Below, piece by piece: positions 1-9,657 of a stretch of DNA of 64,000 bases. The notes beneath the pieces are model-generated. The model saw nothing but the letters and a program-made list of their open reading frames with translations. It made no database searches and was not told the DNA's origin. Made by a program: the position numbers and the translations under genes. Origin of the DNA: an uncultured Polyangiaceae bacterium (GTDB lineage: Bacteria > Myxococcota_A > Polyangia > Polyangiales > Polyangiaceae); assembly GCA_964454025.1 (NCBI GenBank), contig CAYVRP010000002.1, forward strand, positions 55,242-119,241, read 5' to 3'. Position 1 is the stretch's first letter. Every line of letters starts with the position of its first letter.

Positions 1-11
1 GACGGTGTCAG

Positions 12-917
12 ATGAACGATAGACGAACCCTCGTCACGCTGCTCGCTCTCCTCGGCGGCTGCGGCGGCGAGCTGTCGCTCGGCGCCACGGCGGGCGATGA
101 CGCGGCGAGCGGCGGCCGCGCCGCTGACGCCCTGTTCACGGGCGGCGACGGCGCCAGCACGCCGCGTCGCGACGACAGCCCTGGCGGAACCGCCGGCAAC
201 GATGGCGAGCGCGCGACCGGCGGCGCGCCGCTGGGCGGCGCCCCGGCGCCGGACACGAGCGCCGCCGGCGATCACGCGGGGGAGTGGTCCAGCGCCGCCG
301 GGCGCGCCGGCAGCGAGGAGGAGCCGACTGCGGGCCGGGCCAGCGCGGGTGGAGCGCCGCCCAACGCCGCCGGCACGTCGGGGACCGCAGCAGAGGGCGG
401 TGTTACCGGCGGCGGCGGCACGGCGGGCAACGCGGGCAACGGCGGCGGCGCGGCGGCGCCTGGCTACGCGGGGTGCTGCGACGTCGTGGGCGCGGCCGGC
501 AACGCGGGTAACGGCGGCGGCGTGGGCGCGGCCGGCAACGCGGGCCACGGCGGCGTCGCGGGCGCGGCCGGCGTCGTGGGCGCGGCCGGCGGCGCGGGCA
601 ACGGCGGCGGCGGCGGCGCGGCCGGCAGCGCGGGCAATGGCGGCGGCGCGGGCGCGCCGGGTCGGGCGCCCTACTGCGGAGTCGTCGACGACCCTCCCCT
701 GAACGTCACCTGCGGCGACGTCAACCGTGACGGGGCCATCACCCCCGTGGACTCGATGCTCATCGGCCAGTACCTGAATGACCCTCGCGTCGTGCTCTGG
801 GTCGAAGCGGCAGACGTGGACTGCGACGGGACGATCACTGAGGACGACGCCAAGATGGTGACGGCGTACTACGCGGGGAACATCACCGAGTTCCCCTGCC
901 CACCCCGCGGGCCGTAG
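12..917 (+). CDS. Secreted lipoprotein with Gly/Ala/Asn repeats and a C-terminal dockerin-type repeat pair
   Basis: ATG at 12. The N-terminus MNDRRTLVTLLALLGGCGG is a signal peptide plus lipobox Cys. The centre carries (V)GAAGNAGNGGG repeats. The C-terminus has two Ca-loop-like segments, DVNRDGAITPVD and DVDCDGTITEDD, as in dockerin type I repeats. Confidence 0.75.
   Translation: MNDRRTLVTLLALLGGCGGELSLGATAGDDAASGGRAADALFTGGDGASTPRRDDSPGGTAGNDGERATGGAPLGGAPAPDTSAAGDHAGEWSSAAGRAGSEEEPTAGRASAGGAPPNAAGTSGTAAEGGVTGGGGTAGNAGNGGGAAAPGYAGCCDVVGAAGNAGNGGGVGAAGNAGHGGVAGAAGVVGAAGGAGNGGGGGAAGSAGNGGGAGAPGRAPYCGVVDDPPLNVTCGDVNRDGAITPVDSMLIGQYLNDPRVVLWVEAADVDCDGTITEDDAKMVTAYYAGNITEFPCPPRGP
421..655 (+). 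repeat. Coding tandem repeat (about 33-36 nt units, gtgggcgcggccggcaacgcggg.acggcggc) giving GAAGNAGNGGG
   Basis: Near-identical units are visible at about 486-520 and 522-553, with degenerate copies up to about 655. All lie inside the CDS 12..917. Confidence 0.7.
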
Positions 918-930
918 GCGGCGCGGCGCC

Positions 931-2394
931 TCACCCGGGACCGGGGAGCGAGAGCTCGCGGCAGGCCGCGTGAAGATCGGCGTCCGTGCCGTGGTCGCTC
1001 GGGGCGAGGCGCTCCCAGCCGCCGTAGAAGAAGCGCCGCATCATGTGGTCGTGGCGCACCGTGAAGAGCGCCGTATAGAAGCGGTTCGGGGGCAGGTCGA
1101 GCAGCCGCCGCAGGTGGCGCCGCACCAGCGGCTGCTCGGCGGCGAGCCCGAAGAGCCGCTGGAGGTTGGTGAGCCGCCGCCGGTCCGCGGCGGAGAAGGT
1201 GCGAAAGGGCGTCTCGGCGAAGTAGGAGAAGCCGAGGCGGTCGAAGCAGCCGTCGAAATGCCCGTGGCGGATGGCCCACTCGGCCAGGGCCGTCCCGGGG
1301 TACGGCTGCAGGATGGTCGCCCCCGCGTGGTCGACGCCGCCCGCGACGTTGAGGGCGAGCGTCCGCAGGGCGTCGTCCAGGCTCTCGCCGGGCACGCCGA
1401 GCATGTTGAAGCTCATCACCCGGATCCCGCGCGCCTTGAGCCGGCGACAGCCGGCGAGGATCTCCGCGTCGGAGGCCACCCGCCCCAGCACCTCGCGCCG
1501 CAGCCGCTCGGTGCCGCACTCGATCCCGACGCCCACGCTGACGCAGCCCGCGTCCACCAGCGTGCGCACCACGCGCTCGGTGGCCCGCTCCGCCCGAAGC
1601 TTGCAGAAGAACGGCAACCCCACCCGGCGCCGGTAGACGGCGCCGAACGCCTCCAGCCAGCGCTTGTCCGCGACCAGGTTCGCGTCGAGCAGCCACACGA
1701 TCCTGAGCGGCCAGCGCCGGTGGACCGCGAGGATCTCGTCGGCGACCGCCTCCGGATCGCGCACCCGCACCAGCCGGCCGTCGCCGCGGTGCCACTCGTT
1801 GAGCCGGTGGTTGAAGCAGTAGGTGCAGCGGTAGGGGCAACCGCGCGTGGCGAGGAACACGCGCGAGGGGAGCTTCTTATACTGCGGGTCGTCGTAGAAA
1901 AGGTCGTAGGCGGCGGGCGCGAGCGCGGCGCGGTCGCGCACGGGCGGCCGCCGCGGGCCGCGCTCGACCGGGCCGCGCCCGTGGTCGCGCCGGATCCAGA
2001 AGCCGCGCGGCACCTCCGGGAAGCCCTGCCGCCAGAGCTCGAGCGCCTCCGGGAACGACTCCTCGCCCTCGCCGAGGCAGACGCCGTCGAGCGGCGCCTG
2101 CTCGAGGACGCGCGGGAAGAAGGTCGCGTGCGGCCCGCCGAGGAAGAGCCCTTGCTCGGGCCCCGCGGCGCGCAGGGCTCGCGCCCACTCGAGGTACACG
2201 CGGTGCAGCCCCGTCGTCGCCGAGAGCCCGACCACGTCCGCGGCGCGCACCTCGGGATCGGCCGCCACCGCCTCGCCGCTCCGGCCGTACACCATCGACA
2301 CGTGATGCCCGTGGCGGCGCAGCGCTCCGGCCAGGGTCATCAGGCCGTAGGCCAGCGGCTCGGCGGCGCGCAGCGAGGCGAAGACGACGCGCAC
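931..2394 (-). CDS. B12-binding-domain radical SAM protein
   Basis: ATRGCPYRCTYCF carries the CxxxCxxC radical SAM cluster motif (minus strand, about nt 1812-1850). The N-terminal domain is Rossmann-like and cobalamin-binding-type (MRVVFASL...VVGLSATT). The C-terminal domain is long. The antisense ORF 970..2862 is Arg/Ala junk. Confidence 0.85.
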   Translation of the reverse strand: MRVVFASLRAAEPLAYGLMTLAGALRRHGHHVSMVYGRSGEAVAADPEVRAADVVGLSATTGLHRVYLEWARALRAAGPEQGLFLGGPHATFFPRVLEQAPLDGVCLGEGEESFPEALELWRQGFPEVPRGFWIRRDHGRGPVERGPRRPPVRDRAALAPAAYDLFYDDPQYKKLPSRVFLATRGCPYRCTYCFNHRLNEWHRGDGRLVRVRDPEAVADEILAVHRRWPLRIVWLLDANLVADKRWLEAFGAVYRRRVGLPFFCKLRAERATERVVRTLVDAGCVSVGVGIECGTERLRREVLGRVASDAEILAGCRRLKARGIRVMSFNMLGVPGESLDDALRTLALNVAGGVDHAGATILQPYPGTALAEWAIRHGHFDGCFDRLGFSYFAETPFRTFSAADRRRLTNLQRLFGLAAEQPLVRRHLRRLLDLPPNRFYTALFTVRHDHMMRRFFYGGWERLAPSDHGTDADLHAACRELSLPGPG

Positions 2395-2397
2395 GCG

Positions 2398-2745
2398 CTA
2401 CTCGTAGATCACGTCCCAGAGGTCGGCGTCCTGGATCCCCGCGTCGGGGGGCTGGGTCACGACGCCGCCGCTCGGGGGTCCCGCGTCGAGCGGCGAGGTG
2501 CCGCCCGTGGCACCACCGCTCCCGTTCGCGGTCCCCCCGGTCGCGACACCGCCGGTCACCGGCGCGGTGCCGCCCGCCCCGGCGCTCGTACCGCCGGTGC
2601 CGCCGTCCGCGCCGCCGGCACCCGGGGACCTCCGGCTCGACGTCGCGCCGCCGCAGGCCTGCACGACGACGCTCGCGCCCGCGAGCCCCACGAACCAGCC
2701 GAGCTTGAGGATCCGCCCGAGCGCGCCCATCGCCGTCGCCTCCAC
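2398..2745 (-). CDS. Small secreted/lipoprotein-like Gly-rich protein (115 aa; alternative start at 2730)
   Basis: The signal-like N-terminus is GALGRILKLGWFVGLAGASVVVQACGG. The Gly/Thr/Ala-rich body ends in DAGIQDADLWDVIYE. GC3 is above 90% by hand count. Its stop lies 3 nt before the radical SAM start codon. Confidence 0.6.
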   Translation of the reverse strand: MEATAMGALGRILKLGWFVGLAGASVVVQACGGATSSRRSPGAGGADGGTGGTSAGAGGTAPVTGGVATGGTANGSGGATGGTSPLDAGPPSGGVVTQPPDAGIQDADLWDVIYE

Positions 2746-2858
2746 GGCGAGGCTAGCTCGGCACGCGGCTCGAGGCGAGAAGGTCCGACGCTCCCCCTTG
2801 GCGCCCGCGCAAGTCCCGGGCTTCCGTACCCGCTCCCCGCGACTAGGATCCGCCCACC

Positions 2859-3836
2859 ATGACGCGCGCCATTCGATTCCAGCGCCACGGCGGCCCCGAG
2901 GTGCTCGCGCTCGCCGAGGTCACCGTGGGCGAGCCGGGTCCCGGCGAGGTCCGCCTCCGCCACACCGCGATCGGGCTCAACTACATCGACGTGTACCACC
3001 GCACGGGCCTCTACCCGGTGCCCGCGCTCCCGAGCGGCCTCGGCGGGGAGGCGGCCGGGGTCGTGGAGGCGGTCGGCGCCGGCGTCACCGGCGTCGCGGT
3101 AGGGCAGCGCGTCGGCTACGCCACCGTCCCGCACGGCGCCTACGCCGAGGCACGGCTCGTCCCCGCCGAGCGGCTGATCCCCCTGCCCGACGGGATCGAC
3201 GACGCGACGGCCGCCGCCATCCTGCTCAAGGGCATGACGGCCGAGTACCTCATCCGGCGGGCGTATCCCGTGCGTGCGGGCGACACCGTGCTCTTCCACG
3301 CGGCGGCCGGGGGCGTGGGCCTGCTGGCGTGCCAGTGGCTCGCTCACCTCGGGGCGACCGTGATCGGGACGGTGGGGTCGGAGGCCAAGGCCGCGATCGC
3401 GCGCGCCCACGGCTGCCACCACGTCCTCGTCCTCGGCGCGGGGGGCCTGGCGGCGCGGGTCCGTGAGCTCACGGGCGGCCGCGGGGTGCCGGTCGTGTTC
3501 GACTCCGTCGGTCGGGACACCTTCCTCGAGTCGCTCGACTGCCTCCGCCCCCGGGGCACGCTGGTGAGCTTCGGCAACGCGTCGGGCAAGGTCGAGCCCT
3601 TCGACATCGGCCTGCTCGGGGCCAAGGGGAGCCTGTACCTGACGCGCCCGAGCCTGTTCACCTACGTCGCCGCGCGCGAGGAGCTCCTCGCCAGCGCCGC
3701 GGCGCTCTTCGACGTGATCCGGGCCGGCACCGTGCGCGTCACCATCGGCCAGCGCTTCCCCCTCGCCGCCGCGGCCGATGCCCACCGCGCCCTCGAGTCC
3801 CGCGCGACCCACGGATCGACGGTCCTCGTGCCGTGA
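2859..3836 (+). CDS. qor: NADPH:quinone oxidoreductase (zeta-crystallin/MDR family)
   Basis: MTRAIRFQRHGGPEVLALAEVTVGEPGPGEVRLRHTAIGLNYIDVYHRTGLYP and AAAGGVGLLACQW (the nucleotide-binding glycine motif) are typical of Qor. Confidence 0.9.
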   Translation: MTRAIRFQRHGGPEVLALAEVTVGEPGPGEVRLRHTAIGLNYIDVYHRTGLYPVPALPSGLGGEAAGVVEAVGAGVTGVAVGQRVGYATVPHGAYAEARLVPAERLIPLPDGIDDATAAAILLKGMTAEYLIRRAYPVRAGDTVLFHAAAGGVGLLACQWLAHLGATVIGTVGSEAKAAIARAHGCHHVLVLGAGGLAARVRELTGGRGVPVVFDSVGRDTFLESLDCLRPRGTLVSFGNASGKVEPFDIGLLGAKGSLYLTRPSLFTYVAAREELLASAAALFDVIRAGTVRVTIGQRFPLAAAADAHRALESRATHGSTVLVP

Positions 3837-5062
3837 TCCGGGCGCGGGCGTCGGCGCAACCCTACCCAGGGCAGGGCGACCAGCACGTGCAGCGAGTGCG
3901 GACCGCGAGGCCTCCCCGCCGGGAGCGGGCCGAGGGCGCAGCCGTTCGTCGCGACCGACGCGGTCGAGGTGTCGCTGGAGTCCGCCGCCGGGTAGACGGT
4001 CGCCGTCACCGAACAGGTCGAGCCGCCCGGGAACAGCTCGAACGTCTCTCGCCGCTCGCGTTGCTCGACCGCGGTCAGCAACCGCCGCACCACGGCGATC
4101 GGCGCGGCCTCTTCGTACCCAGCAGCGTCCGGCTCTGGTTCTCGGTGGACGCGCTGGCAGTCTCCGTCGGTGTCGTAGTCGCGCCGCCCGCGTGCGAACA
4201 CGCCGACCAGCGCCCCGGTGCGATCGAACACACCCGATCCGCTGCTCACGGCGAAGGTGTCGCTGCTCAGGGTGAACGAGTCGCCGCGGCTCGGTCGTGG
4301 ATCGACGACCCGAGCCCCGCTGTCCACCTTCACCGGCAGGCCCGCGGGGTAACCGATCACGGTCACGGGCTCGTCCGCCTCGACCGGGAAGTCTCGCAGC
4401 ACGGGCGGCTCCTCCACGGGCGGCGTTCGCTCGAGCCCTACCAGCGCGAGATCCACGTGGCAGGCCGACTCCGCGGCTGACCGTGCCAGCGCGAGCACCT
4501 CAGAGCAGCCGTAGACCTCCTCCTCGACCACGATGACGCGAGCGGCGGGCTCCAGGACGGCGTAGCCTCGGACGTACACGTTGTTGTTGCAATCGGGCTG
4601 GCCCTCGGCATCGACTCCCAGGCAATGTCCGGCGGTGGCCACGACGCCGGGCGCGACCAGGACCCCGCTGCAACTGGCCGCGGCGGTCTGGTCCGCGAAG
4701 CGCTCGCCCGCACACAGGGACTGCAGGACACCCAGCGTCGGAGCCTCGACGGCGTACCTCCCCTCCCCGACCGACCGCAGGGCTTCCGGCGCCATCAGGG
4801 CGATCGCGAGCTCGCGGCCAAGGGTCACGAACGGCTCTTGCGCCTGGAACAGGTCCACCCGATCGTCCTCACCGTACACGATCGGCGCCATGACGGTCCC
4901 CACCCGCGGCGAGCCGCTCTCGAAGGCGCAGGCGACCGTGATCGGCGCGACCGCGAGGAGCGCCCGGGCCGGCCGGGCTGGACCGGCCCGCGCCGACCGG
5001 GATCGGGCGCCCCGGGAGCCAGGGGTGACCGGCTCCCCGGGCGCTACAGGTAGCGCACGCAA
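3662..5062 (-). CDS. Secreted trypsin-like (S1 family) serine protease with a MYXO-CTERM-like segment and an odd C-terminal tail
   Basis: VAPGVVATAGHC is the His active-site motif, and SSGSGVF is a Ser-motif-like segment. The only upstream start is TTG at 5062, inside the 3' end of the preceding gene. The possible signal is ARALLAVAPITVAC. The segment NGCALGPLPAGRPRGPHSLHVLVALPWVGLRRRP resembles a MYXO-CTERM sorting signal, but about 60 more residues follow, antisense to qor. Confidence 0.6.
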   Translation of the reverse strand: MRALPVAPGEPVTPGSRGARSRSARAGPARPARALLAVAPITVACAFESGSPRVGTVMAPIVYGEDDRVDLFQAQEPFVTLGRELAIALMAPEALRSVGEGRYAVEAPTLGVLQSLCAGERFADQTAAASCSGVLVAPGVVATAGHCLGVDAEGQPDCNNNVYVRGYAVLEPAARVIVVEEEVYGCSEVLALARSAAESACHVDLALVGLERTPPVEEPPVLRDFPVEADEPVTVIGYPAGLPVKVDSGARVVDPRPSRGDSFTLSSDTFAVSSGSGVFDRTGALVGVFARGRRDYDTDGDCQRVHREPEPDAAGYEEAAPIAVVRRLLTAVEQRERRETFELFPGGSTCSVTATVYPAADSSDTSTASVATNGCALGPLPAGRPRGPHSLHVLVALPWVGLRRRPRPDHGTRTVDPWVARDSRARWASAAAARGKRWPMVTRTVPARITSKSAAALARSSSRAAT

Positions 5063-6474
5063 TGGTTGGTCCCCACCAGGAGCGTGTCACCCAGCAAGAC
5101 CCGCAGGTTCGTCGAGTCGTCACAGCGCACGGTGTCGATGGCAGTGATCTCTCCAGCGGGCATCTGGTCGTGCGAGCAGTAGCGCGGCTCGCCGGTTCGC
5201 AGATCCGAATGCCGGAGCACCTCACCGGTCTGCGTGATGCCCGTGGCACCCCCGAAAAGCACGTCGTCCAGGACCAGCGCCTCCAGCTCGCGCGGGACCT
5301 CGCAGGCGTACATCTCGCGCTGTTCGCCGAGCGCGGCCTGGATCCGCCCCTCCCCCACGATCACGCCGCCCGTATAGAGCTGAGTGGTGCTGGCCCACGT
5401 GAGGGAGGCTGTCCCGAGCGGCGGCTGCGCTTCCCAGGGCAAGAGGACGTAAGCGTCGTCCAAGGCCCGCTGGAACCACTGCCCCTCCTCGCCCACCGCG
5501 AGCGCCCAGCCCGGGGAGATGGACACGTGGTTCAGCCGTAGCCCCTCGGCGACGGGGATCTCGGCCTGCCACCCGTCGCGGAAGCAGAATAGCCCGTTGC
5601 CGTAGGCGCACACCGCGGTTTCGGCCGACGAAACGTCGAGCACCAGGGCGCGCGCGTCGAGCTCACCGGGCAGCTCGGAGCCGGGCCAGGGAGAGAGCTC
5701 CGTCGTCTGCTCGTCCCCGCGGAGCAGGCTGCAGCCCGCACCCGCGTCGTCGCACACCAGCACGACCACCGTCCAGCGGTCGACCGCCTCGCCGTCGAGC
5801 GCCACCGCGACCGGCGTGCCGACCCCGCTCGGCACCGTCCAGACCGCCTGGGTCTGGCCCGTCACCTCCTGCTCGAGCCCGTTGAGCAGGCTCACCACCT
5901 CGTAGCTCGCGTCGCCCCGGTCGACCACGACGGCACGTCCCCCGAGCGCGACGAACCGAGCCGTAGGGCCGAAGTCCGCGGCGTCGAGCAGCACCTGCCA
6001 CACCGCGAACGAGGTCGCCGGACAGCTCCCGATCTCCTCGGTGCAACTCCCCGCGGCGCCGGCCGCGCCGGCACTGCCGCCCGCGCCCATCGCCGAGCCG
6101 CCGACGGTAGGCGTCCCCGCCACCGAGCTCCCGCCGCCCGGGCCCGTCACCGAGCCGCCCACGGACGGTGTTCCCGCCACCGAGCTGCCGCCCCCCAGGC
6201 CCGTCACCGAGCCGCCCACTCCCATCACCGAGCCGCCCACTCCCATCACCGAGCCGCCCGCTCCCGTCACCGAGCCGCCCGTTGCCGTCACGGCCCCGCC
6301 CGCTGCCTCACCGGCGTCGCCGTCGGGCACACCCTGTCCCGCCGCGCCACCCGGGTCGGCGACCGCGCCGCCGGTGCCGTCCGGTTCCTCCGGCGACAGA
6401 CCGATGGGCGCCTCCTCGACCTCGCAGGCGAGGGCGACGATGGCGAAGAGCGGGGCGATGGTGCGGGCACGCAT
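5044..6474 (-). CDS. Secreted lipoprotein with GGSVTG-type repeats and a possibly beta-propeller-like body; function unknown
   Basis: ATG at 6474 is preceded by GGAGGAGG on the coding strand. MRARTIAPLFAIVALAC is a signal peptide plus lipobox. Tandem repeats follow: GGSVTGAGGSVMGVGGSVMGVGGSVTG. Confidence 0.7.
   Translation of the reverse strand: MRARTIAPLFAIVALACEVEEAPIGLSPEEPDGTGGAVADPGGAAGQGVPDGDAGEAAGGAVTATGGSVTGAGGSVMGVGGSVMGVGGSVTGLGGGSSVAGTPSVGGSVTGPGGGSSVAGTPTVGGSAMGAGGSAGAAGAAGSCTEEIGSCPATSFAVWQVLLDAADFGPTARFVALGGRAVVVDRGDASYEVVSLLNGLEQEVTGQTQAVWTVPSGVGTPVAVALDGEAVDRWTVVVLVCDDAGAGCSLLRGDEQTTELSPWPGSELPGELDARALVLDVSSAETAVCAYGNGLFCFRDGWQAEIPVAEGLRLNHVSISPGWALAVGEEGQWFQRALDDAYVLLPWEAQPPLGTASLTWASTTQLYTGGVIVGEGRIQAALGEQREMYACEVPRELEALVLDDVLFGGATGITQTGEVLRHSDLRTGEPRYCSHDQMPAGEITAIDTVRCDDSTNLRVLLGDTLLVGTNHCVRYL
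6091..6291 (-). repeat. Coding tandem repeats: two units of about 57-60 nt, then four 21-nt units
   Basis: On the plus strand, cgagccgcccactcccatcac occurs at 6208-6228 and identically at 6229-6249. Variants lie at 6250-6270 and 6271-6291. Two longer units span 6091-6207. Confidence 0.8.
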
Positions 6475-6542
6475 GGGTTCCTCCTCCAGCAGGGGACGAG
6501 CGCGAGGGCTCGGTGGATCATCCCCGCGCCCTCGGGTCGGGA

Positions 6543-7373
6543 TCAGGGTTTCGGCGCCGGAGCGGGCAGGCGCGCACCACCTCCAGGTTCGGCGTCGATC
6601 GCCGACCCGGTTGGCGCTCGATCCGCGAGCGCCGCCTCGGCCTTGGCCTGGTGCGGCGTGCCGCGATCCTGCGCGAGGATCTCGCGAGCGACGGCGCGCG
6701 CCTCGCCCTTGCGCCCGAGCCGAACGAGCGCCTCGAGCCGGAGCGCGCGCGCCTCCGGGGCCAGACGCCCCGCCGCGCCATGCTCGCGCGCGTGCCGCTC
6801 GAGCAGGACCAGCGCCGCCTCGGGATCGCCCGAGTCGAGGGCTCGGCGCACCCGATCGACGAGGGAGACCGCGGCCTGCAACGCGGCGTCCTCAAGGCTC
6901 GACGCGGCGGGCGCGAGGAGCGAGGCGGGCGACGCCGGCAGCGCCGCACCAGGGGCGTCGAGGGCAGGCGTCGCCGGGGCACCGGCGGGGACCGACGCGG
7001 CGAGGGCGGCGGGCGCGGCCGCGGTCGCGCTCGCCGCGGTCGGCGCGACGAGCGGCGAGGGCGGCGGGCTCACCACCGCGACCCCGGCGCAGAAGATGGC
7101 GCCGGCGAGGAACCCGCCGAGCAGCGGCTTGGCGAGCGCTGCGAGCGAGAGCGCGCCCCCGGCGGTGACGGCGCCGCCGGCGGCCGCGGCGGTCGAGGGC
7201 GCGCCGGCGGCCGCGGCGGCCGCGGTCGCGCCGAGCGCGGCGGCGCCCGCGGCGGCGCCCGCCAGCGCCCGCTCCAGGGCGCCCGCGCTCGGCGCCTCGG
7301 CGCGCGCGGCGCGGAGCAGCGCCGCCACGTCGTCGGGAGCGTCGCCGTCGATCCAGCGCTCGAGATCGCTCAC
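6543..7373 (-). CDS. Anti-sigma factor (single-pass membrane protein) cognate to the upstream ECF sigma
   Basis: GTG start at 7373 overlaps the sigma stop (GTGA at 7370-7373). The N-terminus VSDLERWIDGDAPDDVAALLRAARAE is anti-sigma-like. The TM segment is LLGGFLAGAIFCAGVAVV. The C-terminus is helical and TPR-like. The longer ORF 6543..7847 overlaps the sigma gene and its N-terminus is junk. Confidence 0.65.
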   Translation of the reverse strand: MSDLERWIDGDAPDDVAALLRAARAEAPSAGALERALAGAAAGAAALGATAAAAAAGAPSTAAAAGGAVTAGGALSLAALAKPLLGGFLAGAIFCAGVAVVSPPPSPLVAPTAASATAAAPAALAASVPAGAPATPALDAPGAALPASPASLLAPAASSLEDAALQAAVSLVDRVRRALDSGDPEAALVLLERHAREHGAAGRLAPEARALRLEALVRLGRKGEARAVAREILAQDRGTPHQAKAEAALADRAPTGSAIDAEPGGGARLPAPAPKP

Positions 7374-7921
7374 CGCTCGGCTCCTATCGTGACGGCGGTG
7401 AGCCCGCGCCGCCGCGCCCGCGCGAGGAACTCGGCGCGCGCCCGCCGCAGCCGCGAGGCCGCGGTGCCCGGCGGGATGCCGAGCGCGTCGGCGACCTCGC
7501 GCTTCTCGAGCCCCTCGATCTCGAAGAGCACGAACGCGGCGCGCAGCTCCGGCTCGAGCTCGTCCAGGATGGCGTCGAGGGCCGCGAGCGCGCGCCGCGC
7601 CGCGGCGACGGCCTCGGGATCGGAGCCGTCCGCGGGGGCGACGTCGCCGGCGCCGAGCGACTCCTCGCGGCGCCGCCCGCCGCTGCGCCGGGCCTTCTGG
7701 ACCGTGTGCCAGGCGACCCGGTAGAGGAAGGCCCGCTCGCTGCCGGGCCAGAGCTCGTCGAGGCGCTCGAGCGCCGTCCACAGGGTCCGCTGTGCGGCGT
7801 CGTCGGCGTCGGCCGGGGGGAGCCCGAGCCGCCGGCAGACCCGCCACACGAACGCGAAATGCTCGCGCACGAAGGCGTCGCCGCGCGAGCGCAGGTCAGG
7901 GGCGGGGCTCGGCGGGGCCAT
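7370..7921 (-). CDS. ECF-type RNA polymerase sigma factor (sigma-70 family, group 4)
   Basis: Region 2 is FVREHFAFVWRVCRRLGLPPADADDAAQRTLWTAL. Region 4 is ELEPELRAAFVLFEIEGLEKREVADALGIPPGTAASRLRRARAEF. The start is uncertain: ATG 7921 is preferred, with alternatives ATG 7963 and GTG 8008. Confidence 0.85.
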   Translation of the reverse strand: MAPPSPAPDLRSRGDAFVREHFAFVWRVCRRLGLPPADADDAAQRTLWTALERLDELWPGSERAFLYRVAWHTVQKARRSGGRRREESLGAGDVAPADGSDPEAVAAARRALAALDAILDELEPELRAAFVLFEIEGLEKREVADALGIPPGTAASRLRRARAEFLARARRRGLTAVTIGAER

Positions 7922-8260
7922 CGGGGTCGGTCGGCGGAGGCTCTCGGCAATCTCCTGGCACATCCCCGGAGCGGGGAGCCCGGGATCACGGAAAGCGCAG
8001 CGTAGCACCTGGCTCGCGGCGACCGCCCGGGCGCGAGCGCCCCGGCCGGCTGCCGACCGCGGAGCTGCGGCGGCGTCAGGGGCGTGCTCGCGGGACCGCG
8101 CCCGGCGCCGCCGGGCTCGGGGTTCGGCGCCTGCCGCTCACGCGGCGAGCCCTCCGGCGACCCATGGCCCCTCGCCCCCCCCGGGCCCGGGCGGGAGGGC
8201 GGCGGGGTGGCGACGCCGGGATCACGTCGGCCGGCGTCGGCCGTTCGAGGTTCGCCGAGC

Positions 8261-9622
<1,362 letters not shown>

Positions 9623-9657
9623 GAGGCGGCCGCGACGGTGACGAGCGAGTGGCTCGT

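Noticed and set aside
421-655. Possible CRISPR-like or non-coding repeat arrays (also 6091-6291 and about 30800-31330)
   Set aside because: The repeats are in frame inside CDS and encode Gly-rich peptide repeats. Their units are 21-57 nt with no unique spacers, and no cas genes are present.
970-2862. 630-aa plus-strand ORF opposite the radical SAM gene
   Set aside because: The translation is Arg/Ala/Pro/Glu-rich with no motifs. The opposite strand encodes a well-formed radical SAM protein. This is a typical GC-driven shadow ORF.
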